A stretch of DNA of 34,671 nucleotides. Source: an uncultured Methanosarcinales archaeon (GTDB taxonomy: Archaea; Nanobdellota; Nanobdellia; Woesearchaeales; CAZPJY01). Made by a program: the position numbers and the translations under genes. Shown here piece by piece: positions 17,599 through 25,952 of this stretch. The stretch lies in assembly GCA_964587045.1 (NCBI GenBank), contig CAZPJY010000021.1, positions 1 to 34,671 of the forward strand, given 5' to 3'. A model generated the notes under the pieces. The model saw nothing but the letters and a program-made list of their open reading frames with translations, was not told the DNA's origin and ran no database searches. How positions within the stretch are numbered: the stretch's first letter is position 1; each line of letters opens with the position of its first letter.

Positions 17599-19792
17599 GC
17601 TTTTCTGTATACCTGCATTTGGGGAAGTTGGAGCACCCGTAGAACTGGCCGTACACAGAGGTCCTGATGACCAGCTTGCTCTTGCACTTCGGGCATTCCT
17701 TTTCGACGACACCGTTCTTGACCTCATCCACTTCCTTCTTGACTTCCTCATCCTTGACCCCCTTGCCGGGGCAGTCGGGGTTGATGCAGACCTCCTGGGT
17801 CCTCCTGCCGCGCGAGATTAGCACGGTCGGGAAACCGCAGTGCTTGCATTCTTTCTTGGATGCCTTGAGGGTGCCAGTGTTGGGAACGTTGTATATCGCT
17901 TTGCAGTCGGGATAGCGGTCGCAGGCGACGAAGCGGGACTTTACCTTGCGGGATGATTTCACTCTCAAAGTGCCTTGCTTGCAGACAGGGCAGGGCCCTA
18001 TCCTTGACGCCTCTTCCCTTGCTGCCTGGTCAGCCTCCTTCAGACGCTCGCCTATCTGTTTTTCCTGCTCCTTGAATTTCTTGAGTATCTTGTTCAGGGT
18101 TTCGGTTGCCTCGGTCAGAATCTCCTCAGGGGTTGCCTTCGACTGCTCTATGGCTGCCATCTGATCCTCGAAGTGCTGTGTCAGCTCCTCATCGACGATC
18201 TCAGGACTGAACTGCTGGAGAGTGTCAAAAATTTTCAGGCCGAACTGGTTGACCTGGATTGATGACCCAGAGACGTAGCCCCTCTGGTACAGCGCCTCTA
18301 TGATAGCCGCCCTCGTCGCCTTGGTGCCAAGGTTCCTTTTCTCGAGCTCCCTGATGAGCGAGGCTTCGGTGAACCTCTTGGGAGGCTGTGTCTCCTTGTC
18401 AATTACCTGCACATCCTTGACATCATACGGATCGCCTTCGGCTGCCGAGGGGAGCTCGACCTCCTCCAGCTTCACGTAGGGCTTGTAGTACTCGAACCAG
18501 CCTTCCTCAATGGTTCTCGTTCCCTTGGCTATGAAGTTCTCGCCGTTGACGCCGATGAGAAGTTGGACCGTCTCCCTCACCGCGGGGGTCCCGAAAGTTG
18601 AGAGGAACCTCCTGACTATAAGGTCGTAAATCTTATGCTCATATGGATTGAGGTGTTTTGGAACCAGGCCGGTTGGGTATATCGCAGGATGGGCAGGGTC
18701 TGTCTTCTTTCCGTTGTTGGGCTTGAGCTCGGCGGATGTGAGCAGCTTCCCGGCATGTTCCCTGTAGGTCTCCTGGCTCTTGAGAGCCTCGATGAGCTTT
18801 CTGTAACCCAGCTTTTCAGGGAGCTGCTGGGAGGATGTCCTAGGATAGGATATGAGCCCTTCTGTGTAGAGGGACTGGGCCGTTGACAGGGCATCCTTTG
18901 GGGATATCCCGAAGACCTTGTGGGCCTCCACCTGCAAAGTAGTCAGGTCGAATGGGAACGGCGGTGACTTGTTTGACTGGGTCGCCTTAATCGATGAGAT
19001 GCTTCCGTTGTTGCCCTCGACCTTGGTTTTAATCTCTTCTGCCCTTGACTTGTCGAAGATGTCGCCCTCCTCGTGGGTAGCCTCCAGCTCGCTTCCCTTG
19101 AGGAGGCCTGCTAGCCTTACCACCCAATACGGCACGGGTTTGAAGGCCATGATCTCCCTCTCGCGCTCCACCAGTATGCGCAAGGCCGGTCCCTGCACCC
19201 TGCCTGAGGAGAGCACCTTGAACCCCCCTCTCGATTTGTATGACTGCATGAGGGCTCTTGAGAGATTAATCCCATAGAACCAGTCCAGCCTGTGTCTCGT
19301 GTCGCCGGCTTTTGCCTGCCCCCAATCAAGATGGTCTGACGCGTTGTCAAAAGCCTCTACCAGGTCAGGCGCGGTTAGTGTTGAGAACTTCATCCTGTGG
19401 GCGTCACCGCGTTCGCAGGCGTACCTTACGCAGTTGAGCCCGATTACCTCGCCCTCAATGTCGTAGTCTGTTGCGATGGTAACTGTTTCTGCTCCCTTGC
19501 TGAGCAGCTTAATCGTGTCTATGTAGGGCTTGGTGTGCTTAGAATCCTTGCTGACGAGGTATGCGGGTTTCCATATTATCTCGAAGACTGGGTACGAATA
19601 TCCTTTCTTCTTCTTCTCGTCCAAAGAGTACACATGTCCGACAGCGCAGGCGACCACAATCTCCCTTCCCTTGTGTTTGAGCTGGTAATAAGGGATTTTC
19701 TTATTTAGTTTCTTGATCGGTTTGTCGTCGGCAAGAGCTTCAGCGATGCGCGCCGCGGTCTTCGGTTTTTCTGTTATAATCAGCTCATACAT
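17549..19792 (-). CDS. topA: DNA topoisomerase IA with three C-terminal Zn ribbons
   Basis: TOPRIM ITEKP and ATDYDIEGE, SSGRVQ, active-site ISYPRT, GTKATRA, and three Cys4 ribbons. Confidence 0.97.
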   Translation of the reverse strand: MYELIITEKPKTAARIAEALADDKPIKKLNKKIPYYQLKHKGREIVVACAVGHVYSLDEKKKKGYSYPVFEIIWKPAYLVSKDSKHTKPYIDTIKLLSKGAETVTIATDYDIEGEVIGLNCVRYACERGDAHRMKFSTLTAPDLVEAFDNASDHLDWGQAKAGDTRHRLDWFYGINLSRALMQSYKSRGGFKVLSSGRVQGPALRILVEREREIMAFKPVPYWVVRLAGLLKGSELEATHEEGDIFDKSRAEEIKTKVEGNNGSISSIKATQSNKSPPFPFDLTTLQVEAHKVFGISPKDALSTAQSLYTEGLISYPRTSSQQLPEKLGYRKLIEALKSQETYREHAGKLLTSAELKPNNGKKTDPAHPAIYPTGLVPKHLNPYEHKIYDLIVRRFLSTFGTPAVRETVQLLIGVNGENFIAKGTRTIEEGWFEYYKPYVKLEEVELPSAAEGDPYDVKDVQVIDKETQPPKRFTEASLIRELEKRNLGTKATRAAIIEALYQRGYVSGSSIQVNQFGLKIFDTLQQFSPEIVDEELTQHFEDQMAAIEQSKATPEEILTEATETLNKILKKFKEQEKQIGERLKEADQAAREEASRIGPCPVCKQGTLRVKSSRKVKSRFVACDRYPDCKAIYNVPNTGTLKASKKECKHCGFPTVLISRGRRTQEVCINPDCPGKGVKDEEVKKEVDEVKNGVVEKECPKCKSKLVIRTSVYGQFYGCSNFPKCRYTEKLNDGPLKEDFSSSQKG

Positions 19793-19829
19793 GCGAGCAA
19801 GGGTTTAGCTGACCCTATAAAAAACTTTG

Positions 19830-20516
19830 CTAGTCCATGCGTCGCTTCGAGAATGTGTACAATCTAGCAGGCCTATGCGCTCCTTCCATCTTGGTCTCAT
19901 TGGTCTCGACGACAAGGCCTATTGATTTCATCTTCTTCCTGAAGTTGCGTTTGTCAAGCTTCTTGTTGAGTATTATCTCGTAGACCTTCTGCAGCTCCGT
20001 CAAGGTGAACATGTCCGGAAGCAGCTGGAAAGCGATTGTCGTGTATTCGACCTTGTTCCTTATCCTTTCGAGCGCATATGAGATTATCTTCTCGTGATCG
20101 AATGCCATCTTCTTGGGGAGGCTGTATGCAGAATGCCATTTGGTCTCATCAATGGATTTCTGTACCTTGAAGCGGGCCTCATCTGCGAGAGCGTAGTAGG
20201 CCACAGTGATAATCCTTCCCCTGATATCCCTTTTGGGGTCCCCAAAAGTGTACAGCTGCTCTAGATAGACATCCATTACCCCGGTCTCTTCTTTGAGCTT
20301 CCGGAGGGCTGAGGCGTCGAGGGATTCCTCCATCTTTATGAATCCCCCTGGGATCGCCCAGTAGTCAATGAATGGGTAACCCTTTCGCTTGATTAGCAGA
20401 ACCTTCAGATCATCATCCCTGATTGTAAAGACTATGATGTCGACAGTGACTTGAGGACGCTTGAATCGCTTGTCTTCCTCCTTCCACTCCTTGGCATCCT
20501 TTATGACCTTGTCCAT
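19830..20516 (-). CDS. nrtR: NrtR-family Nudix/winged-helix transcriptional regulator
   Basis: Nudix box GGFIKMEESLDASALRKLKEETG, LEQLYTFGDPKRD and AFDH. C-terminal wHTH FTLTELQKVYE...DKRNFRKK...HRPARLY. Confidence 0.88.
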   Translation of the reverse strand: MDKVIKDAKEWKEEDKRFKRPQVTVDIIVFTIRDDDLKVLLIKRKGYPFIDYWAIPGGFIKMEESLDASALRKLKEETGVMDVYLEQLYTFGDPKRDIRGRIITVAYYALADEARFKVQKSIDETKWHSAYSLPKKMAFDHEKIISYALERIRNKVEYTTIAFQLLPDMFTLTELQKVYEIILNKKLDKRNFRKKMKSIGLVVETNETKMEGAHRPARLYTFSKRRMD

Positions 20517-20524
20517 CCGAATTA

Positions 20525-20539
20525 GTGTTGAATTTACAC
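20525..20539. promoter_or_regulatory. candidate NrtR operator GTGT-N7-ACAC
   Basis: GTGTTGAATTTACAC lies between the nrtR TATA (TTTATATC, 20548-20541 on the minus strand) and ATG 20516. It matches the GT-N7-AC core described for NrtR sites. Confidence 0.65.
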
Positions 20540-20575
20540 AGATATAAAGCTTTTGGGAAATTTAGATAAATTTTA

Positions 20576-20613
20576 ACTACTATAGAGTGATGAATAATCG
20601 AAAGATTTATATA
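20576..20613 (+). promoter_or_regulatory. BRE/TATA promoter with upstream ACTAC motif
   Basis: ACTAC-N18-CGAAAGATTTATATA upstream of the orphan operon. SD GGTGA at 20641-20645. Confidence 0.7.
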
Positions 20614-20649
20614 GTCTGGTTCCGACACTATCATAAATCAGGTGAAAAA

Positions 20650-21069
20650 ATGAATAAACAAAAATATCAAAAACTAATCTATCTGCGGATTCTGAAAAAA
20701 ATAGATGATAATAATATCAGGCGTGATGTGTGGAAGAAGCGTGTCCAAAGGTATAGCAAGGGCTCAGAAGCCGAAGTTGATAGGGAGATTGTCGCGTATT
20801 CCAGTGACATAGTATTCCTAAAAGAAAAACCAAAAGACATCAAGCGGCCGGATATAGGAATCCTGATGGATTACTACAATAAGATAAAACCTGTATATTC
20901 AGAGTTAGAGGATGCCATCGAAAACTCAAAAGAAAATTACGATGACAAGGGCAAAATTAGAAAGTTCTTCTTCGAGGTCGAATTTTTCTATTCCCAGAGA
21001 AAATTGCTTGCTAGGGCTATTGATCTCAAGAACAAAACAATTGACGCGCTCATAGAAAAGACCCGGTGA
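20650..21069 (+). CDS. hypothetical protein (basic, helical)
   Basis: ATG 20650 follows the GGTGA SD. AT-rich coding sequence and first gene of a tight three-gene run. Confidence 0.75.
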   Translation: MNKQKYQKLIYLRILKKIDDNNIRRDVWKKRVQRYSKGSEAEVDREIVAYSSDIVFLKEKPKDIKRPDIGILMDYYNKIKPVYSELEDAIENSKENYDDKGKIRKFFFEVEFFYSQRKLLARAIDLKNKTIDALIEKTR

Positions 21070-21076
21070 AGCCAAA

Positions 21077-21952
21077 ATGCTAAAACAAGACCCAATTATT
21101 ACTTATGACGTCTGGTTCGGTCGCAACATCGGCGAAGCCGGCGAAGAGAAGGTGAAAGACCTCTATGCCAAACGAAATGTTCTGGGCAACCCAGCAGTCA
21201 TCAACTCGATCCTTACTGCTAAGGAGGATGGATTCGAATGCTTGATCGACAAGGTCATCCTCGAAGTGCTTGACGCGGATTTCGAGTACGCAGATTATAA
21301 GGTAACCGTCTACGGCCAGAAAGGGGACGGCAATCTAATTCACCTAGACGAGTTCCCAGTCCTTCACAAGGAGTTAGAAAGCTTCAGGAGGGAAAGTAGC
21401 GCAAGCAACCCAAGAGAATTCCCATACAAGGAGGCTTGGCTGCAGCTCTGGTTCGAAAATGACGAGCATGCGAAGCCATTCATTGAGATGTTCAAACTCA
21501 AGATGGAGGACAGAGACTTTGTTGCAAACATCCCGATCCAGGAGAGGTCTATCATGAGATACCTCGTCCAGAACGGCTTTGAGGAGTCGACCTTTCACAA
21601 AGCTATGATCGCTGATCATCTGACTGACATGTTCGAAGGGCAGTTCAACCTCCAAAAGGAAGGGGCTTGCCTGAGGATGCTTAAAACAGCGGTCGAAAAT
21701 TACAGCGACGCGGCCAAGTGCGTCAGCGAACAGCTCTGCAAGATAACCTACATGTCGGAGGATGACAATGCTCCCAAAGGGCTCCTCGAGGACCTCCAGA
21801 CTTACGTATCAAAAATGAATGTCATCCAACGAGGAGCAAACAATCTCCTTGCGGGAATCGACAAGCTGATTGAAGATTACAATAAGACGGTAGAAAGCTA
21901 CAACGAGACCGGAAAGGACATCAACGGTCTCAATCCGGAAGCTTATAACTAA
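21077..21952 (+). CDS. hypothetical protein with C-terminal coiled coil
   Basis: 291-aa ORF with a GGTGA SD overlapping the upstream stop. Acidic, with a helical C-terminus. Confidence 0.85.
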   Translation: MLKQDPIITYDVWFGRNIGEAGEEKVKDLYAKRNVLGNPAVINSILTAKEDGFECLIDKVILEVLDADFEYADYKVTVYGQKGDGNLIHLDEFPVLHKELESFRRESSASNPREFPYKEAWLQLWFENDEHAKPFIEMFKLKMEDRDFVANIPIQERSIMRYLVQNGFEESTFHKAMIADHLTDMFEGQFNLQKEGACLRMLKTAVENYSDAAKCVSEQLCKITYMSEDDNAPKGLLEDLQTYVSKMNVIQRGANNLLAGIDKLIEDYNKTVESYNETGKDINGLNPEAYN

Positions 21953-21953
21953 A

Positions 21954-23000
21954 ATGGCAGAAGCAACCGATCCACACAACCTATGGCAGGAGCTCGTGCC
22001 TTTCATCAAGAGACCTGAAGAGCTCAGTGCCAGATATGACCCGGTGAAAAATTCGCAGTATTCACTAGAGAAAGGAGACTATATCATGTCGGCCCATCAC
22101 CTCGCAAATTCACTGGATCGGAGCGGATGGACCGAAGAGAACCGGAAGCTAGCCGACCAGCTGGAATCCAAGCTGACTGAGGAACTGGCCAATTCATACT
22201 CTCATGAAACAGGTGTGTATAATCTCCAGCAAGCCCTTGACAATTTGGAGGCCCTCTTCTCAATACAGAGGTTCAACCGAGAGGCGGTGGCGATCGGAAA
22301 TGATCTGCAGAACTATCAGAAATCAAGGGAAAAACAGTACATAGCCCGCGCTAAGATTCTCAAACTCGATATAGAGTCGGACATCCCCCTGCTCCTGTCA
22401 GACGAGGAAAGAAGGCTCGCCAGGAAGGTTTATGACAAGGAAAGCAAGACCTGGAACATCAGACTGCTTTCTTTCCACAAGAAGATAGTGATGCCTTATG
22501 ATTTCAAGAGCCTCGCAGAGGCTGCCATCACTTATCTGCGCTGGCTAGACCCAAGGGATCTCCGCTTTCCCAAGGAGGACTTCTACTTCGTTCTGCACGA
22601 GAAGGTCAAGACCATTGCGGACCTAATCGACCAGATGGGCGGCATCGCCGGATATGGGGGCATCGACCTGGAATCCCGGACCTATGAAGGCGTTTTCGAA
22701 AACAGCAGCAGGAGGGGTTCTCCGAAAAATTTCTACGATGAGCTCGCTGAAGCTGCCACAGAAGCTGACAAAGTGATGGGTTTTGTCAAGAGCCTCTCGA
22801 ACACAGGCCCTGAGACACTCCTTGACCCTAAAGAGATTTCAAGCATGGAAGACTTCAAAGAGACCGTGGAACTCCTGGACGAAGAGGATAGGGCTAAAGT
22901 GATGTCGGGGAAGAATCTGGAAAAGTCTCTCGTCAATTTCTTCAAGAGCCGAGCCGAGCAAATTGTCCGAGAAAGGGAAAACGCACGACGTGGCTACTGA
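21954..23000 (+). CDS. hypothetical protein (largely helical)
   Basis: 348-aa ORF starting 1 nt after the upstream stop. No recognisable motif. Confidence 0.85.
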   Translation: MAEATDPHNLWQELVPFIKRPEELSARYDPVKNSQYSLEKGDYIMSAHHLANSLDRSGWTEENRKLADQLESKLTEELANSYSHETGVYNLQQALDNLEALFSIQRFNREAVAIGNDLQNYQKSREKQYIARAKILKLDIESDIPLLLSDEERRLARKVYDKESKTWNIRLLSFHKKIVMPYDFKSLAEAAITYLRWLDPRDLRFPKEDFYFVLHEKVKTIADLIDQMGGIAGYGGIDLESRTYEGVFENSSRRGSPKNFYDELAEAATEADKVMGFVKSLSNTGPETLLDPKEISSMEDFKETVELLDEEDRAKVMSGKNLEKSLVNFFKSRAEQIVRERENARRGY

Positions 23001-23046
23001 AGAGTTGTTATAAAATCTTATTATTGGCCTTGTAGGTAAGTAGCTC

Positions 23047-24237
23047 ATGCCCCATTCAATGTTCATGCTCGAAAGGCACCACCCTTTCAAGGTAGGGGAA
23101 TTTGCTCTGGTCGTAATCACAGCGTCATTCGCAGTCGCCTATGTCGATACTATATGGGCGCTGTTCATCAATAGCTTCGTTAACTCTGACGCTATGGTAA
23201 GCTTTGTATCGAGCATCCTAAAGGCAGCAATGCTTCTAATGTACTTCTACTTCATCCCACTTTTCCAGAAGAACCAGGCAAGCAAGCTCTACGTCACGTC
23301 GCTTGCGATGCTTGGATTCTCGTATTTCATGTTCATGGTCACTGATGACATATATCATTTCATGACGATAGCCCTCATCATGATGGCCGGATGGGTGCTG
23401 CGGGTAGGAAGCCGCGGAATCGTGCTTCGCGATTTATCGACCAAGAAGAACATCCCGAAGAATGAAGGCTTGATTTTCACAACCCTCAACATCGCTTGGA
23501 TGGTCGGGCCTCTCGTAGCTGGCTTCCTGAGCGACAGATACGGCTTCAATGCCGTGTTCTTCGTCTCATTCCTCTTCATTGTTATAGCAATCTTGATGTG
23601 GTGGGCGATGCGGGTCAACATCAAGGATCCGCCAAGCAAGACAGTGGACAAGGATATCAGGAAGAACATGCACGATTTCCTATCCAACAAGAAGCTTTTC
23701 AAGATATTCACTATCAACCTTTCGCTGGGGGCGGAGATGAGCATAACTTATATTTTTGTTCCGCTTTATATCATATCATCAGGCTATTCGGTTTTGTGGG
23801 TTGGCTTATACCTCTTCGCAACTAAGATTCCTCTTATAATGTTCGAATATTTTATTGGAAAACAAGAGGAAACTTCCGGCGTCAAGAAATATCTCCGTTA
23901 TGGCCTGATTATCATGAGCGTCATGAGTTTTTTAGCTTTCCTTTCAACGATATTCCTAAACAACGTCGTGCTAACCCTCTCCCTCCTCGTGGTTGCTAGG
24001 ATCGGGTTCGCTTTTGTTGAGCCCACTGCTGATTCTTATTTCTTCAGGGTCACTACAAGGAGCGAAGAACAGAAGTTCTATGGGCCGTTTAGGACGTCTA
24101 TACCGCTTGGAGGGATCATCCTCCAGCTCGTAGCGAGCGTTGTCCTCTTGGTGCTGCCCATAACCTATGTGTTCCTTATATTCCCTTTAATGATTCTTCC
24201 CCTTCTGAAGGTGACCAAATCTCTTAGAAGGGTATGA
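23047..24237 (+). CDS. MFS transporter
   Basis: 396 aa with about 12 hydrophobic segments in a 6+6 arrangement and GPLVAGFLSDRYG. Confidence 0.9.
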   Translation: MPHSMFMLERHHPFKVGEFALVVITASFAVAYVDTIWALFINSFVNSDAMVSFVSSILKAAMLLMYFYFIPLFQKNQASKLYVTSLAMLGFSYFMFMVTDDIYHFMTIALIMMAGWVLRVGSRGIVLRDLSTKKNIPKNEGLIFTTLNIAWMVGPLVAGFLSDRYGFNAVFFVSFLFIVIAILMWWAMRVNIKDPPSKTVDKDIRKNMHDFLSNKKLFKIFTINLSLGAEMSITYIFVPLYIISSGYSVLWVGLYLFATKIPLIMFEYFIGKQEETSGVKKYLRYGLIIMSVMSFLAFLSTIFLNNVVLTLSLLVVARIGFAFVEPTADSYFFRVTTRSEEQKFYGPFRTSIPLGGIILQLVASVVLLVLPITYVFLIFPLMILPLLKVTKSLRRV

Positions 24238-24243
24238 GTTAAA

Positions 24244-24288
24244 CCCTGGCAAGGACTCCTCGCACGAGGCAAGAAGTCCTTGCTGGGG
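24244..24288. other. GC-rich hairpin (terminator-like, or part of a small RNA)
   Basis: CCCTGGCAAGGACT...AGTCCTTGCTGGGG. As minus-strand RNA, GCAAGGACUUCUUGC/GCGAGGAGUCCUUGC forms 15 contiguous pairs, two of them G-U. Confidence 0.7.
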
Positions 24289-24358
24289 AAAAAGAGGTGA
24301 TCATAATCACTGTTAGAGAGTTATCCCTGTTTATAATTATCAAGTAGAAACAAACTAA

Positions 24359-24397
24359 TATTTATACTTTTCGTTTTTATTAGCATTATTAAGTAGT
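24359..24397 (-). promoter_or_regulatory. leftward BRE/TATA promoter with upstream ACTAC motif
   Basis: Minus strand ACTAC-N19-CGAAAAG-TATAAATA, with no track ORF downstream of it. Confidence 0.55.
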
Positions 24398-24466
24398 AAC
24401 AAAAAATGTAATTTCATTACTTATCCTCGATGAATTCTTGGGATGCAAAATTGACAATAATTTTTT

Positions 24467-24504
24467 ACTACCAATTAGTGGTTAAAAAACGAAAGATTTA
24501 TATA
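24467..24504 (+). promoter_or_regulatory. BRE/TATA promoter with upstream ACTAC motif
   Basis: ACTAC-N18-CGAAAGATTTATATA ending 22 nt before ATG 24527 (leaderless spacing). Confidence 0.72.
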
Positions 24505-24526
24505 CTGTCACTACCAACAATCTCTT

Positions 24527-25930
24527 ATGAAACATAGGAAAAGGCATACCTATAAGTTTCCAACCCGTTTTGAGGCGTTCAAGGACAACTGTAAGAAATT
24601 CATCAAAAGACTTACCTACGGGACCGTGATATCACTTCCATTCGTTGCCGCGTACTTCACAGGGAACATGGTAAAAGAGCATACCTCAGATTACCTATTG
24701 GCTACAAAGTACCAAGTCAGGATGCTGGAAAAATACCAAAAAGACCCCGGAAAATCAACGAAGCTTGATAGCCTTGAGACGGATTTAGAAAGAAGGGTCA
24801 AATTAATCGAAAACACAAATCCATTCAACCTTTTCAGCATTGACACCCAGTTCGGCGAAGCCAAGGCAATATGGGAAGGAATCAACAATGACACAGGACA
24901 ATATCTCAAGACCTCAGCTCGGGAAATCGATGTAGGGTTAGCCTATGATATTCACGCCACGACCATAGGGCCGGGCATCAATAACGCAAATCACAGATTG
25001 AAGGACCTCGGCATCAAGCTGACAATAAAAGAATATCAAGATATCCATCCCACATCGAATTTCTTTAAAGACGACTACTCATACGGTGTCAGGGGAGCCT
25101 TCGAAAATGAACATGAATTGTACGTAGTCTCATCGTGGGACCTGTATGATAAAAAGAAAAAAATACTCGGCGTGATAGGACCTCATGGAACAGTAGGGGT
25201 GTATAACACAGAAATGTCATTTGATTCTCTCGGAGCCCTTATCACAGAACAGGTGATGAGACGCTTAGAGCTCACACCAGAAGACACCGTTTTATTTACC
25301 ATTCCTAACAGGAGTGTTGACTCAAAGGTTGAACTTATAACCTCAAGAATCGGAATGCCACTTAGGTACTCCAGAACCAACACCGCAGAGGATGACTCCA
25401 CACTTTGCGTTTCCGCGTTCGTATGCCTTGACGAGGTCGAAAAAGCTTATGCAAACACAGTATTAACAGAGGCTGCCAAGATCCTCGAAGATAAGTTCAA
25501 GATCTACATCGATTTTAAGAAGAGCGTCGAGGTCAAGCTGGAGAGCGATATCTCGCTAACATCCTTCGGAAACAACCTGGACATGATGCTCAAAGACTCT
25601 GCCTACCACCACATAATTCTCACTTCACAGGATTGGGGGATAGTGAAAGGGTCTTCAATCTGCTCCAAGAAGGACTCTGTTGAAAAGAGCATGGCCGGAT
25701 TATCAGATTTCAAAACCCACAATGTGCTCATAGAAGTGCAGCCGAACCTTGAAGAGACAGTCCTTGTTATCCTCCATGAGTTGCTGCACACTTACGGTGC
25801 GCGCCACATTTTCGTTGACGGCTGTCTGATGTATCCCATCTCACAAAACCCCCCTCTTAGAATAATGCCCTTGACCTATTACACTGTCTTGAGGAACAAG
25901 GGTGAAATATTGCGGGAAAATCTTTATTAA
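24527..25930 (+). CDS. membrane-anchored metzincin-type zinc metalloprotease
   Basis: Basic N-terminus and one TM. C-terminal HELLHTYGARH (HExxHxxGxxH) and Met-turn CLMYP. Confidence 0.85.
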   Translation: MKHRKRHTYKFPTRFEAFKDNCKKFIKRLTYGTVISLPFVAAYFTGNMVKEHTSDYLLATKYQVRMLEKYQKDPGKSTKLDSLETDLERRVKLIENTNPFNLFSIDTQFGEAKAIWEGINNDTGQYLKTSAREIDVGLAYDIHATTIGPGINNANHRLKDLGIKLTIKEYQDIHPTSNFFKDDYSYGVRGAFENEHELYVVSSWDLYDKKKKILGVIGPHGTVGVYNTEMSFDSLGALITEQVMRRLELTPEDTVLFTIPNRSVDSKVELITSRIGMPLRYSRTNTAEDDSTLCVSAFVCLDEVEKAYANTVLTEAAKILEDKFKIYIDFKKSVEVKLESDISLTSFGNNLDMMLKDSAYHHIILTSQDWGIVKGSSICSKKDSVEKSMAGLSDFKTHNVLIEVQPNLEETVLVILHELLHTYGARHIFVDGCLMYPISQNPPLRIMPLTYYTVLRNKGEILRENLY

Positions 25931-25952
25931 TGATGTTCCATTCTTGTTCTTC

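Noticed and set aside
24237..24300. Stop-codon readthrough or selenocysteine recoding of the MFS TGA, followed by a hairpin and 20 open codons
   Set aside because: The MFS is already complete at the TGA, the hairpin lacks the archaeal SECIS GAA/A arrangement, and TGA is used as an ordinary stop throughout the window.
24300..24526. Possible replication origin in the AT-rich gap
   Set aside because: No ORB-like repeats with G-strings and no cdc6/orc1 nearby. Divergent promoters explain the composition.
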